Virus record (IMG/VR): IMGVR_UViG_3300032257_000565
Location: 1-36,635 of that record
Strand: one strand, 5' to 3'
Origin: a virus
Taxonomy: Duplodnaviria; Caudoviricetes
Length of the DNA stretch: 36,635 nt
Position numbers and translations under genes: made by a program. A model generated the notes under the pieces. The model searched no databases. It was not told the origin of the DNA and saw only the letters and a list, made by a program, of their open reading frames with translations. How positions within the stretch are numbered: the first letter of the stretch is position 1; each line of letters begins with the position of its first letter. Below, piece by piece: positions 1-9,443 of the stretch.

Positions 1-765
1 TTACCAATTATATATAATCAACTCCTTCTTAGGTTTGCGACCTTTAGAGCCACCCACGGTATAGGTTATAGGCACTGTTTTCATCTTTAACCCTTTAAAG
101 ACTTCACGCATTTTGGCACAGTCATTAACGCTAATAATCATATTGCCTTTAATGTTCTTTGCTAATTCAGCCATTAATATGTAATGGTCAAGGCCAAAAT
201 CAACACCATATCCAGCTGTGCCCCAATAAGGCGGGTCGAGGTAAAACAAGCTATGTGGGCGATCATACCGTTTAATACAAGCCGACCAATCAAGATTCTC
301 AATAAATACCTGGTGTAGCCTTAAATGGGCGCTACTTAGTTCCTCTTCAATCCGCAGCAGGTTAATGCCGTGGGTTCTATCTGTACCAGTCCCAAAGCTT
401 TGCCCATCTACTTTTCCACCAAATGCATGCTTTTGAAGATAATAAAATCTTGCAGCCCTTTGAATATCGGTTAACGTTTCAGGGCGTTTCATCTTCTCCC
501 ATTCAAACACCTGTCGGCTTGTAATCGCCCACTTAAACTGCCTTACAAACTCTTCTAAATGGTTTTGCAATATGCGGTATAGGTTAACTAGTTCACCATT
601 AATATCATTTAAAACCTCAACTTTGCTAGGCTGCTTTTTAAAAAATAAAGCTGCAGCACCCGCAAATGGCTCTACATAACATGTATGAGTAGGAAATATT
701 GGTAATATTTTATCCGCCAAACGACTTTTGCCGCCCATCCACGGTATAAATGGTTTTTTCATCAT
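1..765 (-). CDS. D12-class (Dam-like) N6-adenine DNA methyltransferase, in the position of Mu mom
   Basis: WMGGKSRL, YVEPFAGAA (SAM binding), LNDIN, FYLDPPY catalytic motif. Confidence 0.95.
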   Translation of the reverse strand: MMKKPFIPWMGGKSRLADKILPIFPTHTCYVEPFAGAAALFFKKQPSKVEVLNDINGELVNLYRILQNHLEEFVRQFKWAITSRQVFEWEKMKRPETLTDIQRAARFYYLQKHAFGGKVDGQSFGTGTDRTHGINLLRIEEELSSAHLRLHQVFIENLDWSACIKRYDRPHSLFYLDPPYWGTAGYGVDFGLDHYILMAELAKNIKGNMIISVNDCAKMREVFKGLKMKTVPITYTVGGSKGRKPKKELIIYNW

Positions 766-793
766 AAGCCTCTTTTTTATTATTAATTATTTA

Positions 794-802
794 TGCTAGG
801 CT
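794..802 (+). promoter_or_regulatory. Putative extended -10 promoter (TG-C-TAGGCT) for an antisense RNA
   Basis: TGnTAnnnT pattern directly upstream of a plus-strand structured segment. Confidence 0.4.
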
Positions 803-805
803 CTA

Positions 806-908
806 TCTTCCTGCGTCGACGTAGGGAGAAGCCTTGGCTGGCTTACGGTGTTACTGCACCGAAGTTGGCGGCTGGTTATATCTGATAATATAATCAGTCG
901 CTTCTTTT
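806..908 (+). ncRNA. Putative structured small RNA antisense to the methyltransferase leader
   Basis: Three consecutive hairpins (806-829, 837-869, 870-899) whose G-U pairs only work on the + strand; possible closing helix 826-832/900-906; ends in TTCTTTT. Confidence 0.55.
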
Positions 909-927
909 AAAAATTTATAAATAATGC

Positions 928-1896
928 TTATGCATTATTTTCAGTGAAATTACTTAAAACTGAATTATAAGCGCCCGAGATGTAACCATTTAACGTTGCT
1001 GTTTCACCGATATTACTTGATGGTTGGATAACCAAAAACATTTCATAATAATCAGTAGCAGAAAAATCAATATTCAAGGTTTGATTACTTAGTAAAGTGC
1101 CTTTAACAACTGTGGCTGCATTTATAATGTAGGTATATTGTAAGTCTTTACTACTATGTAAATTTCTTAACATTATACGGTTTGTTAAAACAGGATTAGC
1201 GTTAGAAACACGAAACCATGAAGACTCAATATGTGTTAACTCATTTATTGAAGGTGTATATATATTAGCCTGACCTCGTAACCTAACCGAATCTGTTATC
1301 TGATTTTCGTTTGTTAACGGCCCAGCTGTTAATTTTTTGGATACAGAGTTTTTGGTGAGCGGCATATCAGTTGTAATTGTGCCTACACCATGCAATCCAT
1401 ATGGCAGTGACTGGATGTTATTTAAACTATAAAAATCAGCAACCGCTATCAGCGTAAGCGTTTCATTTATTATTGTTCCACTGTCTAAAACAAACGAAAC
1501 CCTACTTTCATTTGCAATAAAAATTGACGAAGTTATAATTCCATAAACAGTACCTGTTAACGGCCCGATAACTTTAACTCGCATTCCCTCCTCATAAAAT
1601 GTACTTAAATCAATACCAGTAAATTTAATACCTGCAGCATTTCTATACTCAGGAACATGCCCATAATCACTCCAAGGCCTAACCAGCTTTTTAATGGCCG
1701 CTAATAATTGGTTATTATCTAGCTTATCTAAAACAATACCCTCAGCTTCAATAACCTTACAAACCTCTTCGGTTATTGCATTCATAAAGTCGCGTTGCAC
1801 AATGGTATTATCCGCAAAAAAACCATTAGGTTTAGGCCCAACAGGTAAAGGGGCTGGAAGCGCTAAAGCCGCTGAAGCATCATCAGTTCTATGCAT
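928..1896 (-). CDS. Tail fibre protein
   Basis: N-terminus MHRTD...GFF...T.V..DFMNAITEE...IEAEGI.LDK.DNNQLLAAI typical of fibre baseplate-attachment domains; follows gp48. Confidence 0.8.
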   Translation of the reverse strand: MHRTDDASAALALPAPLPVGPKPNGFFADNTIVQRDFMNAITEEVCKVIEAEGIVLDKLDNNQLLAAIKKLVRPWSDYGHVPEYRNAAGIKFTGIDLSTFYEEGMRVKVIGPLTGTVYGIITSSIFIANESRVSFVLDSGTIINETLTLIAVADFYSLNNIQSLPYGLHGVGTITTDMPLTKNSVSKKLTAGPLTNENQITDSVRLRGQANIYTPSINELTHIESSWFRVSNANPVLTNRIMLRNLHSSKDLQYTYIINAATVVKGTLLSNQTLNIDFSATDYYEMFLVIQPSSNIGETATLNGYISGAYNSVLSNFTENNA

Positions 1897-1903
1897 AAAT
1901 CAC

Positions 1904-2437
1904 CTATATATAATTAAATGTTACTGTTGTATGAGCAGGTTTTAAACTTTGCATCACACACTCTAAAAGGTTGTTACTACTTGATAATAACGGGTCTCCA
2001 ATTGTTGATGAACCAACCCTAAAATAAACGGAATCACCTGCCAAAGCCGCGTTTACTTGCCAAACAAAATCAAGTGTTTCAGTAATGGTTATTGAAAAAC
2101 CTAACCGGTCAGCAATATCAATATAAAATTGTTTTGATAAACTTCTTTCAATTGTTAACACCCCCATCAATGCATTGCGGCGCTCTTGTAACAACATAAT
2201 TTCACCCGTGCATTCATCAGGTAACCCAGCAATGCGCTCCCAATCAATTAACAGCTCAACCGTTGTATTGGGGTACGCCTCTTCTAATAAATTTTGTGCC
2301 CTATCATCAACCCGCGCTAACTCTTCAGCCATAGCATCGAGTAACCGGGTAAAATCATTCTCAGTTTGCATAGCAGGCCATGCAGGCCCACTGGGTAGTA
2401 ATGCTATTAATTGTTGTTTGTAATTATCTTTATTCAT
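1904..2437 (-). CDS. Baseplate wedge protein, Mu gp48/YmfQ (DUF2313)-like
   Basis: LLPSGPAW, ELLIDWERIAGLPD, LECVMQSLKPAHT; synteny. Confidence 0.92.
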   Translation of the reverse strand: MNKDNYKQQLIALLPSGPAWPAMQTENDFTRLLDAMAEELARVDDRAQNLLEEAYPNTTVELLIDWERIAGLPDECTGEIMLLQERRNALMGVLTIERSLSKQFYIDIADRLGFSITITETLDFVWQVNAALAGDSVYFRVGSSTIGDPLLSSSNNLLECVMQSLKPAHTTVTFNYI

Positions 2438-2443
2438 CTTATT

Positions 2444-3511
2444 TTATTGCCAAGAAATAGCACCCATGGTCGCTATTTGATTTGTTGTGTGCGTTACATC
2501 AGCAACAGGTGCAACTAAAACATGGTCAGTTTCACCTGCAGCTAAACTTATGGCTTCGTTAATTCTGCTTAAACGAATAATTCCACCTGGTTCACTATCA
2601 CGCAAAATCATATCGGTTAACTCAGCGGTTACCGCATCACGAACTGCTTGGGTATCAGGCGATATTGTAATTGTTAACGGCAATGCAACAGCAGCAGGAG
2701 CGGTTGTTGTATAACCACCAATCGCTAAACCAACCGGTCGCAACGTTTCAATATAATCATCAACGGCGGTAACATCTGCGCCTAATGGAATCCCGTCCGC
2801 ATATTTATCATCCATCATAAACCTAACTTTTACTGTGCCAGCACCATTCTCTAATGGGTAACACCAGGCGCGCGTTACACCAACAACCTCTAAAGCCCAG
2901 GCAATATAATCATGAGCCGCCCCGCCTTGTGGTGGGTTTCTAATTCTATCTAATAAACGCGCACGTAAATCATTATCACTTTCTTCATCAAGGCCACCAA
3001 TTAAACCACCCGCATTAACCGTGGCATTACTGTTAATACCTGCAATGGGTGTAATAAAAATCAAGTTGCTAGAAGCAACCGTATTGCTATTTACACTGCC
3101 TACAGTTGCAGTAACCGCAACAATAACGCTACCACTAATTACTGTTGCATTCGCATCAGTTAAAAATTCAACACCATCTGAACGCTGTAAAACAGAACCT
3201 ACAGGTATTAATGTATTATCAGTTCCAGCGCACGTTATGTTACCTTGTGCTGGCACAGCCGCTTTGCGAGGTTGGCTTAAATAAATATTTGCATGCCGAT
3301 CAAGAATTTCTGCTTCAGCCTTATCCATAATTATTTGATCAGCCATCCACTCAAGGTAACCATACAAACCATGCACAGCACCCGAAAGTGTGCGGCTAAT
3401 AACATTTAACAAACTTCTACGCAGTTTAGGGTCAGTGCCAACTAACCGGCTTTCAAGGTCAGTTTGTGTGCGTGTAATAATTTCTTGTAATGTTGCTCTT
3501 GAAAAGGGCAT
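2444..3511 (-). CDS. Baseplate J / Mu gp47-like protein
   Basis: GG.DEESD.DLRARLL.RIR.PPQGGA.HDY..WALEV.GVTRAW motif. Confidence 0.95.
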   Translation of the reverse strand: MPFSRATLQEIITRTQTDLESRLVGTDPKLRRSLLNVISRTLSGAVHGLYGYLEWMADQIIMDKAEAEILDRHANIYLSQPRKAAVPAQGNITCAGTDNTLIPVGSVLQRSDGVEFLTDANATVISGSVIVAVTATVGSVNSNTVASSNLIFITPIAGINSNATVNAGGLIGGLDEESDNDLRARLLDRIRNPPQGGAAHDYIAWALEVVGVTRAWCYPLENGAGTVKVRFMMDDKYADGIPLGADVTAVDDYIETLRPVGLAIGGYTTTAPAAVALPLTITISPDTQAVRDAVTAELTDMILRDSEPGGIIRLSRINEAISLAAGETDHVLVAPVADVTHTTNQIATMGAISWQ

Positions 3512-3960
3512 TAAAACGCCTCCAATGAATATTCAAATGTTTGTTCAAACGGTTCAGCATTAGCTTTAAATACACGAATTAAAATACCTACAGTACTTCG
3601 TTTTACCCATTCCGTTTCCACTTCAATTTTGCTGGCCACATTATCTGTTAACAACCATTGCAATGATTCCTCAGCATACTCACGGCTACGCTCTAACACC
3701 TCGTCAACTTGTTTTTCTCGGTTTAACAACCATAAACGAGAGCCCATTAAATCGCCTGCTGGTTGAGCAAATGCATCAGCCCACCAGCCCCGACGATTGT
3801 TTGTGCCATCAGGTATAGCTTCATCTTCACCCACTAAACGATCTGTAAACAATGAAATAATAATAGCGGTTCGTAACCCGTCATCTGTTTGTAAATCGGG
3901 GCCATTAATTAAAACAGTAAAATCTAAAGCTTCATTTTGTTTAAACGCAATATCTACCAT
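3511..3960 (-). CDS. Mu gp46-like baseplate protein
   Basis: AIIISLFTDR, RRGWWAD, GSRLWLL.REK, YAEESLQWL. Confidence 0.95.
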   Translation of the reverse strand: MVDIAFKQNEALDFTVLINGPDLQTDDGLRTAIIISLFTDRLVGEDEAIPDGTNNRRGWWADAFAQPAGDLMGSRLWLLNREKQVDEVLERSREYAEESLQWLLTDNVASKIEVETEWVKRSTVGILIRVFKANAEPFEQTFEYSLEAF

Positions 3961-4544
3961 TACATTGGTGTCCCAGGGGTGCCTGTTGTGCCACCACTGT
4001 CACCATCATGGGTATGAGCGTTATAAGTATCACGCATAGCCTGCATTGTGCCAGTAGCATCATTAACATCACCGCCAACATTTAAGTTGCCGGTAATTTC
4101 ACAATCAGGTGTTGTTATAGTCACTTTGGTTGACGCATTAATATTTATATTAGGTGCAGTAGCATTAATTGTTTTCGATGAATTAATATCAATAATATTA
4201 TTCCGCTTAAAATGAATTACATCACCTTCATCGGTGTAAATAGCCACCTCACCTTCAGCCATATTTTTTAAACGATATCGCCTATCAGCCACATTAATAA
4301 CAACTGTGTGCCCACGTTTACCACCTAAACTAGCCAGCAGCGCCTCAGAACCGGGTAATGGGTGAGCGGTATAACCATAAGGCTCAAAATGCTCTACGTT
4401 ATCAAGCACTGTGCCTAACACCTGCACTTGTAATTCTTGCATCATTTTGCTTGGGTCAATTAACTTTATAACGCCACGAGTAATAAGTAATTGAATGCTG
4501 CGTTTTAACGGTGCCAACAATTTAGCAAACACTTTAAAACTCAT
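3960..4544 (-). CDS. Baseplate spike, Mu gp45/gpV-like
   Basis: VEHFEPYGY...P, DRRYR, GEVAIY, C-terminal HTH metal-binding motif (YNAHTHD). Confidence 0.93.
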   Translation of the reverse strand: MSFKVFAKLLAPLKRSIQLLITRGVIKLIDPSKMMQELQVQVLGTVLDNVEHFEPYGYTAHPLPGSEALLASLGGKRGHTVVINVADRRYRLKNMAEGEVAIYTDEGDVIHFKRNNIIDINSSKTINATAPNININASTKVTITTPDCEITGNLNVGGDVNDATGTMQAMRDTYNAHTHDGDSGGTTGTPGTPM

Positions 4545-5578
4545 GAGCCAAAACCTTCTTCAGACTTTGGCTCTGGCAAAGGTATTAAATTAAATGCCTC
4601 TTTAGGCACCACTTGAATCTCACTACGAAAACCACCTTCATCCAGTATTAAATCAACAGAGGGAATTAAACGGTCTTCATTAATACCCGCATAAGCATCG
4701 CTTACCGGTACCATTTTATTAGGCTCCCATAAACCATCATCGTGGTACCAACTATTAACGGTGTATACAACTGAACGGCCTCGGCCAAATGACGTGTTAC
4801 GCTGCCATTCACCCCGTTTTTTACAATCAGCAATATCAGCAGGGTTATCAACTAAAATTAATGTAGGGCGGTAGCGGTTAATATGTTTACTAACAATTTT
4901 ACTGGTTGTATGTGCTGCCGCATCACCAAAAGTCGTGTCGCTACCTGTTTGTTGTCCACTTACAACATATTCACTAAACAATTCATTTGAACTAAAATCA
5001 CCTGATGCACTTTTAATGTTTTTACCCAACTTTAGCGGTGTTTTAATTTTTTGTTTACCCGTTCTAACAAACGTAATATTGCCATCAACATCACTCACAA
5101 TACGCACAGCACGAATGCGAGCTAACGATTCAATAAACTCAAATATAGATTGCCCATCTTCTAATACTTGTTTTTTAAATGGGCCACCAATATCAGTATC
5201 AGAGCTCACCGAAATATCAAACGGCTTACAAAGTTCGCTAGCAATTTGCAACAAAGTACGTTGGTTAAATGTTTTACCTGGTATAGAGCAATCAACCAAA
5301 TCGCCCGCTTTACTTCGGCCAGATACATTTAATGAATGGTTATTTGCATCATAAGTTGGTAACACTTTATCAATGTAACCAACAATCACTTTAATATCGT
5401 CAATCCATATTTCACATTCATTACCGGTTTTTATATCGCGTGGCGCTTGGTTGTTTTCCCAACGGTCAGTTAAAGTTAAATCAAAGCTATCAGCTATTTG
5501 CTCTAACGAACGGCGAATGCGAATAGACTTCCACCCACGGTGTACTTGCCCTGATATTTTTAATTGCACATCAGGCAT
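4541..5578 (-). CDS. Baseplate hub, Mu gpP/gp44-like
   Basis: GWKSIRIRRSLE, GRSKAGDLVDCS, LWEPN; synteny. Confidence 0.93.
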   Translation of the reverse strand: MPDVQLKISGQVHRGWKSIRIRRSLEQIADSFDLTLTDRWENNQAPRDIKTGNECEIWIDDIKVIVGYIDKVLPTYDANNHSLNVSGRSKAGDLVDCSIPGKTFNQRTLLQIASELCKPFDISVSSDTDIGGPFKKQVLEDGQSIFEFIESLARIRAVRIVSDVDGNITFVRTGKQKIKTPLKLGKNIKSASGDFSSNELFSEYVVSGQQTGSDTTFGDAAAHTTSKIVSKHINRYRPTLILVDNPADIADCKKRGEWQRNTSFGRGRSVVYTVNSWYHDDGLWEPNKMVPVSDAYAGINEDRLIPSVDLILDEGGFRSEIQVVPKEAFNLIPLPEPKSEEGFGS

Positions 5579-6773
5579 CGGTTAAAACCTCTAATGATTT
5601 GCCCCCAGCAATAAAGCCTGGGTGGCGAATATGGTTACGCGCTACAATCTCACTTTCACGATGTGCATTAACATGTATACGATGTGCCAGTACTAAAGCA
5701 GGCAAAGAAGCTTTATTCTCAAAATAAGTAACCCGTGGTAACTTAGCCGCTTCAATACGAATAAACTCAACTAACGTTGCACGTAATTGTTGCAATGTGT
5801 CATAAACTTTATCTGACACCACAATAGCCGATGATTGCACAGCCAACTCTTCAACCTGTGCATCAATGGCATCAAGCAATCTATCGCGCAATGCAATAGC
5901 ATCGTTCACACTTGAAAAGGTTAGCGTGCTAGCAAGTAAGCAAGCCTCAGTAATTGCCGCCTGCTGAATTAACCGGTGCACCGCTGCCGTATTATCAATT
6001 TGCTGAAGGCGGTTTGAGGTTGTTTGTGGAATTTGTTTACTCGCCTTTACAGCGGTAGGTTTAGTACTAGAACCCGAATAAAATAAACCATCATATAAAC
6101 TTAACGCACGAAAAGGGTCTTTAATTTTATTTTTAATATTATTAAAAGTGCCCATTATTGCTGAGCCTAAATTAAACGGTGCTCTAATTAATGCTGTTAT
6201 CGGGTCAATAATTCCATTCACTGCATCCTCAACCGTTTGTAATGCATTTTCAATTTCACTTTGCACTTCATCAACAAAATCCTGAGCCTGTTCTAATGTG
6301 TCATAAACGGCCGCAAAATCATTAACCGCTTCTAACTGTGATTCATCGACGGCCTCAACCAGCTCAGCTTCAGTATCTGTTTCAACTAATTCTTTATTTT
6401 CAGAATCAATCACAATAAAGGTAACTGAAAACTCAGCACTGCCACCTTTATCTGTGCTTTCACTTAACGAAGATTGGCCAAAAACTTCAACATTCAAAGT
6501 GCCAAAGTATGGATGCTCTAATGTGCCCGGCCCCTTCTCTTCAAGGGCTGCGATAAGCTTATCACGGGCCGTCATATACTCGGGGCCAATAACATAAGCT
6601 TTAATCGAAAACTCACGAGCACTGCCGCCCATATCTTCTATAAAGGGAAAATCACGCAATGGGTATTCATGCTTTTGTTTTCGGCGGCCAAATGTCAAAT
6701 CATTTGCATTAGCAATAAACTCAGCATCACGAAACTTACCTACGCCGCCATTAAAAGATTCTTTCCAACCCAT
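5571..6773 (-). CDS. DNA circularisation protein, Mu gpN-like
   Basis: GRRKQKHEYP.RD...EDMG, GPGTLEHPYFG, PALVLA...RNHIRHPGF. Confidence 0.94.
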   Translation of the reverse strand: MGWKESFNGGVGKFRDAEFIANANDLTFGRRKQKHEYPLRDFPFIEDMGGSAREFSIKAYVIGPEYMTARDKLIAALEEKGPGTLEHPYFGTLNVEVFGQSSLSESTDKGGSAEFSVTFIVIDSENKELVETDTEAELVEAVDESQLEAVNDFAAVYDTLEQAQDFVDEVQSEIENALQTVEDAVNGIIDPITALIRAPFNLGSAIMGTFNNIKNKIKDPFRALSLYDGLFYSGSSTKPTAVKASKQIPQTTSNRLQQIDNTAAVHRLIQQAAITEACLLASTLTFSSVNDAIALRDRLLDAIDAQVEELAVQSSAIVVSDKVYDTLQQLRATLVEFIRIEAAKLPRVTYFENKASLPALVLAHRIHVNAHRESEIVARNHIRHPGFIAGGKSLEVLTDA

Positions 6774-8554
6774 TAAGCACCTGCCATTGTCATGCCGCTA
6801 TCAACCTGTAATTCCATATTTTCATTATCAGAACTAAGCTGTTTAACAACCGGTGTACCGTTACTATCTATACTAATTTGTAAACGGCCGTTAAAGTTTT
6901 GTTCTTGTTGAATCACTTTTTCATATTTGTCACTTCTAGCAACCGATTGCTGTGCTTCTTTATTACCAAAAAAAGAAAGTACTTCAGCTATAGAGCTACC
7001 AATAACATCTGATGCGGCCGTGCCTTCAATCAATTGTTTATTAACAACAGTGCCCGCGCCAAAACCCGCTGCGCCTGCAGCCGCCAGTGGCCCACCAAAC
7101 TTTAAAGCTTTACCGCCAAAACGTTTAAGTAATCCCGCTTTACCTTTGCCCGGTTTTGCGCCTTTACCCGAGCCACCTTCGCCACCAGTTAAAGCATCAC
7201 CAACTAAACTCATTTGTTTATTAACAACAAACACGGGCAACGGCAAAGGCATGCCACCTAAACCTCCACCTAAACCACCAGCACCTTTTTTCCCTTTACC
7301 TAAAAAACGGCTGCCTATGTTATAAGCTTTGCCTGCCGCTAATGCACCTAACCCAGTAACCACTGCACCTTTAATAATTTTGCCTGTGGTTTCAGAACTA
7401 ATGCCATTTAACAAATCGGCCAAATCTTGTATTGGGCCAGTTAAGCTTTCATCAGCAAAACGTTTCCACGCGGTAAATAAACTAGTTAATGCCGCACTGG
7501 CTGTTTTAGCGGCACGGGCTGAGTCTTTCATGGTGGTGGCACCGTCACCTTGCACTTGCATAAATTTATCTAAACTATTAAGACTACCTGTGCGTTGAAA
7601 TTCACCAGCCGCAGCATTAAATGCTCTAACAGCTTGCGCATCAAAAATTAAGCTTAGCTTTGTTATATCTCCTTTTGACTTTTGTATGATTTCAGTCATT
7701 AAATCATTAATTGATCTAAATTCTTTTTTACCTTCTTTCAATTTGTCAGCATCGAAAACATTAATACCTGCCATTTCTCGAAGGTCTTTTATTTTTTTAG
7801 GATCTGATATTGTTCTTAAAACAGCTTCAAAAGCTGTAGCTGCCATTTCACTAGAAGCGGTACCCATACGAACAACTTGCAAAGCAGCACCCATTTCTTT
7901 AAGTGATTGAGTACCGGTTCTTCCAAGCGCTGTGTAGGCAGTAACAACCCTTGGCCCAAGTTCCGCTAAGTTTTCTAATGTAAAGGCCCCTTCTTTACCT
8001 TGCACATTTAATGTGTCAATTGCCTGCAAAACTTTGGTTGGGTCTTTAATATCCATTTTTTGAAATTCGGCAAGTATTCCACCAATAGACTTACCTGCGC
8101 CACCGGTAGCTTGTATGGCTAAACCAATGTTACGAATGTTGTCTTGGGCAAATTTAAGATCACCTGTTTTTTCTACTATTTCTTTAATTGCATCAGATAT
8201 CTGGCCTGGGTCAACACGGATATCAGGTGCTGAAGCTATATCAAATATTTCACTTTTTAATAGATTAACCTCATCAGCCGATTTATTTGCTGCAATACCT
8301 AAACGTGTAAATTTAGTTTGTAAATCTATTACAAATTTAGCTGTGCCTACAGCACCCGCACCCGTTAAAATACCCGTATATTTATTACCCATCCGGTCAA
8401 GCGTGCGCCCAGTTACATTAGCTGTGCGCGAAAGCGCTTTAAGTGAGCGTTGCCCCCGGCTAGAAAATCGCTTTAACGATTTGCCATAGGCTTGTGCACG
8501 GCGTTGCAAGTTTCCGGCAAGGTCAATAACAACTGATGTTTTTAAACTACCCAT
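6773..8554 (-). CDS. Tail tape measure protein
   Basis: Ala/Gly-rich helical protein between chaperone and gpN; TSVVIDLAGNL N-terminus, PVFVVN motif. Confidence 0.9.
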   Translation of the reverse strand: MGSLKTSVVIDLAGNLQRRAQAYGKSLKRFSSRGQRSLKALSRTANVTGRTLDRMGNKYTGILTGAGAVGTAKFVIDLQTKFTRLGIAANKSADEVNLLKSEIFDIASAPDIRVDPGQISDAIKEIVEKTGDLKFAQDNIRNIGLAIQATGGAGKSIGGILAEFQKMDIKDPTKVLQAIDTLNVQGKEGAFTLENLAELGPRVVTAYTALGRTGTQSLKEMGAALQVVRMGTASSEMAATAFEAVLRTISDPKKIKDLREMAGINVFDADKLKEGKKEFRSINDLMTEIIQKSKGDITKLSLIFDAQAVRAFNAAAGEFQRTGSLNSLDKFMQVQGDGATTMKDSARAAKTASAALTSLFTAWKRFADESLTGPIQDLADLLNGISSETTGKIIKGAVVTGLGALAAGKAYNIGSRFLGKGKKGAGGLGGGLGGMPLPLPVFVVNKQMSLVGDALTGGEGGSGKGAKPGKGKAGLLKRFGGKALKFGGPLAAAGAAGFGAGTVVNKQLIEGTAASDVIGSSIAEVLSFFGNKEAQQSVARSDKYEKVIQQEQNFNGRLQISIDSNGTPVVKQLSSDNENMELQVDSGMTMAGA

Positions 8555-8560
8555 TATTTT

Positions 8561-8707
8561 TTAAATATTTGCCTGTTGTGAAAAATGGTTTAAATGCTTA
8601 ATAAGTTTGCGAAAAGTTAATGTATTAAAATCACTAAGTCGCCATCCATGGCGCACAAAAACAGCGGTTAAGTTTTCAATCTCATTCGCTGCGGTTATCA
8701 GGTCGCC
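8561..8707 (-). CDS. Frameshifted C-terminal extension of the tail assembly chaperone (G-T type)
   Basis: Frame open from GGC at 8707 to TAA at 8563-8561 (GDLITAANEIENLTAVFVRHGWRLSDFNTLTFRKL...), entered at AAG GGG CGA. Confidence 0.7.
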   Translation of the reverse strand, partial: GDLITAANEIENLTAVFVRHGWRLSDFNTLTFRKLIKHLNHFSQQANI

Positions 8708-9053
8708 CCTTTTGCGACACCGCCTGAGTCGCTACCTGTGCTACGGCTGCACTTTCTAATTCCTCAGCTTTTGTTTGAAGCAATTCCAAATCTTCAGCAG
8801 AAAGTTTACCTAACAGTTTTACTTCAATTGGCCCTGTAACATTTCCAATAGAAACAATCTGGCGGCGCAATATATGTACACCCATCATTGCCGGACTGGC
8901 AATTAACACCGGCTCAGGGGTATAAACCAGTTTTTCAGATTCTTCAGAAGCGTCAATAATGTCACCCGCAATAACATCGCGTAAAACAACTTCTTTTAAA
9001 GCCTCTTCACCGAGTGTTAAACCTTCATTTAATGTGAATTTAATCTGGCTCAT
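8682..9053 (-). CDS. Tail assembly chaperone, Mu gp41-like
   Basis: V.LR...AGDIIDA.EESEK, LRRQIVSIG...GP, LSAEDL; between tube and tape measure. Confidence 0.9.
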   Translation of the reverse strand: MSQIKFTLNEGLTLGEEALKEVVLRDVIAGDIIDASEESEKLVYTPEPVLIASPAMMGVHILRRQIVSIGNVTGPIEVKLLGKLSAEDLELLQTKAEELESAAVAQVATQAVSQKGRPDNRSE

Positions 9054-9055
9054 AA

Positions 9056-9412
9056 TTAAAGCTCATCTGATGAAAGTGCTTCCATCTTCATTGCGCATGT
9101 ACCAGCCTTTGAATCAACTGCTACCGGTTCAGTGGTGAAGGCACCGCGCAAAACATAAGTTACGCCGTTGTCTGATTCAAACATAATGGTTGCATCCGTT
9201 ATGTCTGACAAACGCCGCACTGAAATATCTTTTGTGTGAAAAACACTACACTCAAGCGATGGCGGCACATCCTCTTCCTGGTACCCATGGTGTTTACCCC
9301 CGCCCATTTTAGAGGTGCGGTTTTGCCCACCTGGGTTATAGGTTGCACCATCTTCAGTGCGCCACTCTTCGCCATCTTCTTTAATAATGGCTTTACCTGT
9401 AATTTTTGACAT
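9056..9412 (-). CDS. Tail tube protein, Mu gpM-like
   Basis: 118 aa following the sheath; ITGKA.I..DG, PGG..R, FESDNG.TYVL. Confidence 0.92.
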   Translation of the reverse strand: MSKITGKAIIKEDGEEWRTEDGATYNPGGQNRTSKMGGGKHHGYQEEDVPPSLECSVFHTKDISVRRLSDITDATIMFESDNGVTYVLRGAFTTEPVAVDSKAGTCAMKMEALSSDEL

Positions 9413-9443
9413 TGTTATTTACTCCGCTGGTTAATGTAATGTG

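Noticed and set aside
766-927. Com-like zinc-finger translational activator upstream of the MTase
   Set aside because: No ATG-initiated ORF or CxxC pairs on the minus strand in this gap
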